A DNA stretch of 50,962 nucleotides from a virus: IMG/VR virus record IMGVR_UViG_3300045988_055689. One strand, given 5' to 3'. The notes under the pieces were generated by a model. It ran no database searches. It had not been told where the DNA came from and saw nothing but the letters and a program-made list of their open reading frames with translations. Positions 50,793 to 50,962 of the stretch are shown here, in pieces. Within the stretch, counting starts at the first letter, position 1. Each line of letters starts with the position of its first letter. The position numbers and the translations under genes are program-made.

Positions 50793-50962
50793 GGCTGGGC
50801 CTCCTTTTCCATCTTCTCCTTGATAGCCGACAGGATGAAATCCCGGTTCAGCACATACAGGTCCGTAATTCCGTGCTCCTTGCACATCTTGATGATCTCG
50901 TCCATGATGTAGTTTTTGATATCTTCTTTCCAGAGGACAACCGCCTGTATCGTTGCAGAGGC
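50789..50962 (-). CDS. 3' part of the junction-spanning gene (same gene as 1-197)
   Basis: In frame with the copy at the window start. The stop is at 50789-50791. Confidence 0.6.
   Translation of the reverse strand, partial: ASATIQAVVLWKEDIKNYIMDEIIKMCKEHGITDLYVLNRDFILSAIKEKMEKEAQP
50844..50962. repeat. Terminal direct repeat (copy of 1-119)
   Basis: Identical sequence read directly. Confidence 0.95.

Larger units (their letters stand above)
1..50843. mobile_element. Complete circular temperate phage genome (siphovirus-type gene order; integrase, repressor switch, replication, packaging, head, tail, lysis modules)
   Basis: Terminal 119-bp identity closes the circle. A full complement of phage modules can be read from the ORF translations. 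Coding density is very high, with many ATGA-type overlaps. Confidence 0.9.

Noticed and set aside
1-50962. tRNA genes, CRISPR arrays, reverse transcriptase (DGR/retron) and transposases
   Set aside because: I saw no T-arm/acceptor-like tRNA signatures, no repeat-spacer arrays, no YxDD reverse-transcriptase motif and no transposase-like ORF in the translations. Absence is judged by eye only and should be confirmed with tRNAscan-SE, minced and HMM searches.

Overview
The window is one complete, circularly closed temperate tailed-phage genome. Bases 1-119 repeat at 50844-50962, giving a unit length of 50,843 bp. The morphology is siphovirus-type: a long tape measure and no sheath. The host is probably a Gram-positive, Clostridia-like bacterium, inferred from GGAGG ribosome-binding sites, GTG/TTG starts, XkdX/XhlA-like genes, an SLH-like endolysin tail, ImmA and a large serine integrase.

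Nearly all genes run on the minus strand in one long circuit:
- genetic switch, about 10.7-12.2 kb
- accessory island, 10.7-7.2 kb
- recombination and replication module, 7.2-0.2 kb (3D-domain protein, Sak/YqaJ/NinB, two HNH nucleases, SSB, replisome organizer, resolvase, Lar, clamp-like protein)
- wrap-around into small early genes, 50.9-45.8 kb
- a 1-kb ORF-free structured region, 45.8-44.8 kb
- Bro antirepressor, terminase, portal, MuF, scaffold, capsid, connectors, tail, tape measure and fibres, 44.8-21.2 kb
- lysis genes, 20.9-18.2 kb
- a GNAT toxin-antitoxin pair
- a six-gene low-complexity protein cluster, 17.0-13.8 kb
- candidate attP and the plus-strand serine integrase

The items most worth a second look are:
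1. the 1,046-nt helix-dense non-coding region at the early/late boundary, a candidate large ornate ncRNA
2. a type I toxin-antitoxin-like module beside the holin: a 27-codon hydrophobic ORF with a consensus promoter, a convergent sRNA with a consensus promoter and terminator, and 5'/3' fold-back arms
3. an accessory island of independently promoted plus-strand genes, each converging on and overlapping a small minus-strand gene
4. a six-gene cluster of Cys/Gly/Gln/Met/Tyr/Arg-rich proteins between the lysis genes and attP
5. a MuF head protein with a toxin-like C-terminal extension and a candidate immunity gene
6. a face-to-face promoter switch
7. a plus-strand cassette inserted between the tail chaperones and the tape measure gene

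All functional calls rest on motif recognition by eye. No searches were run.
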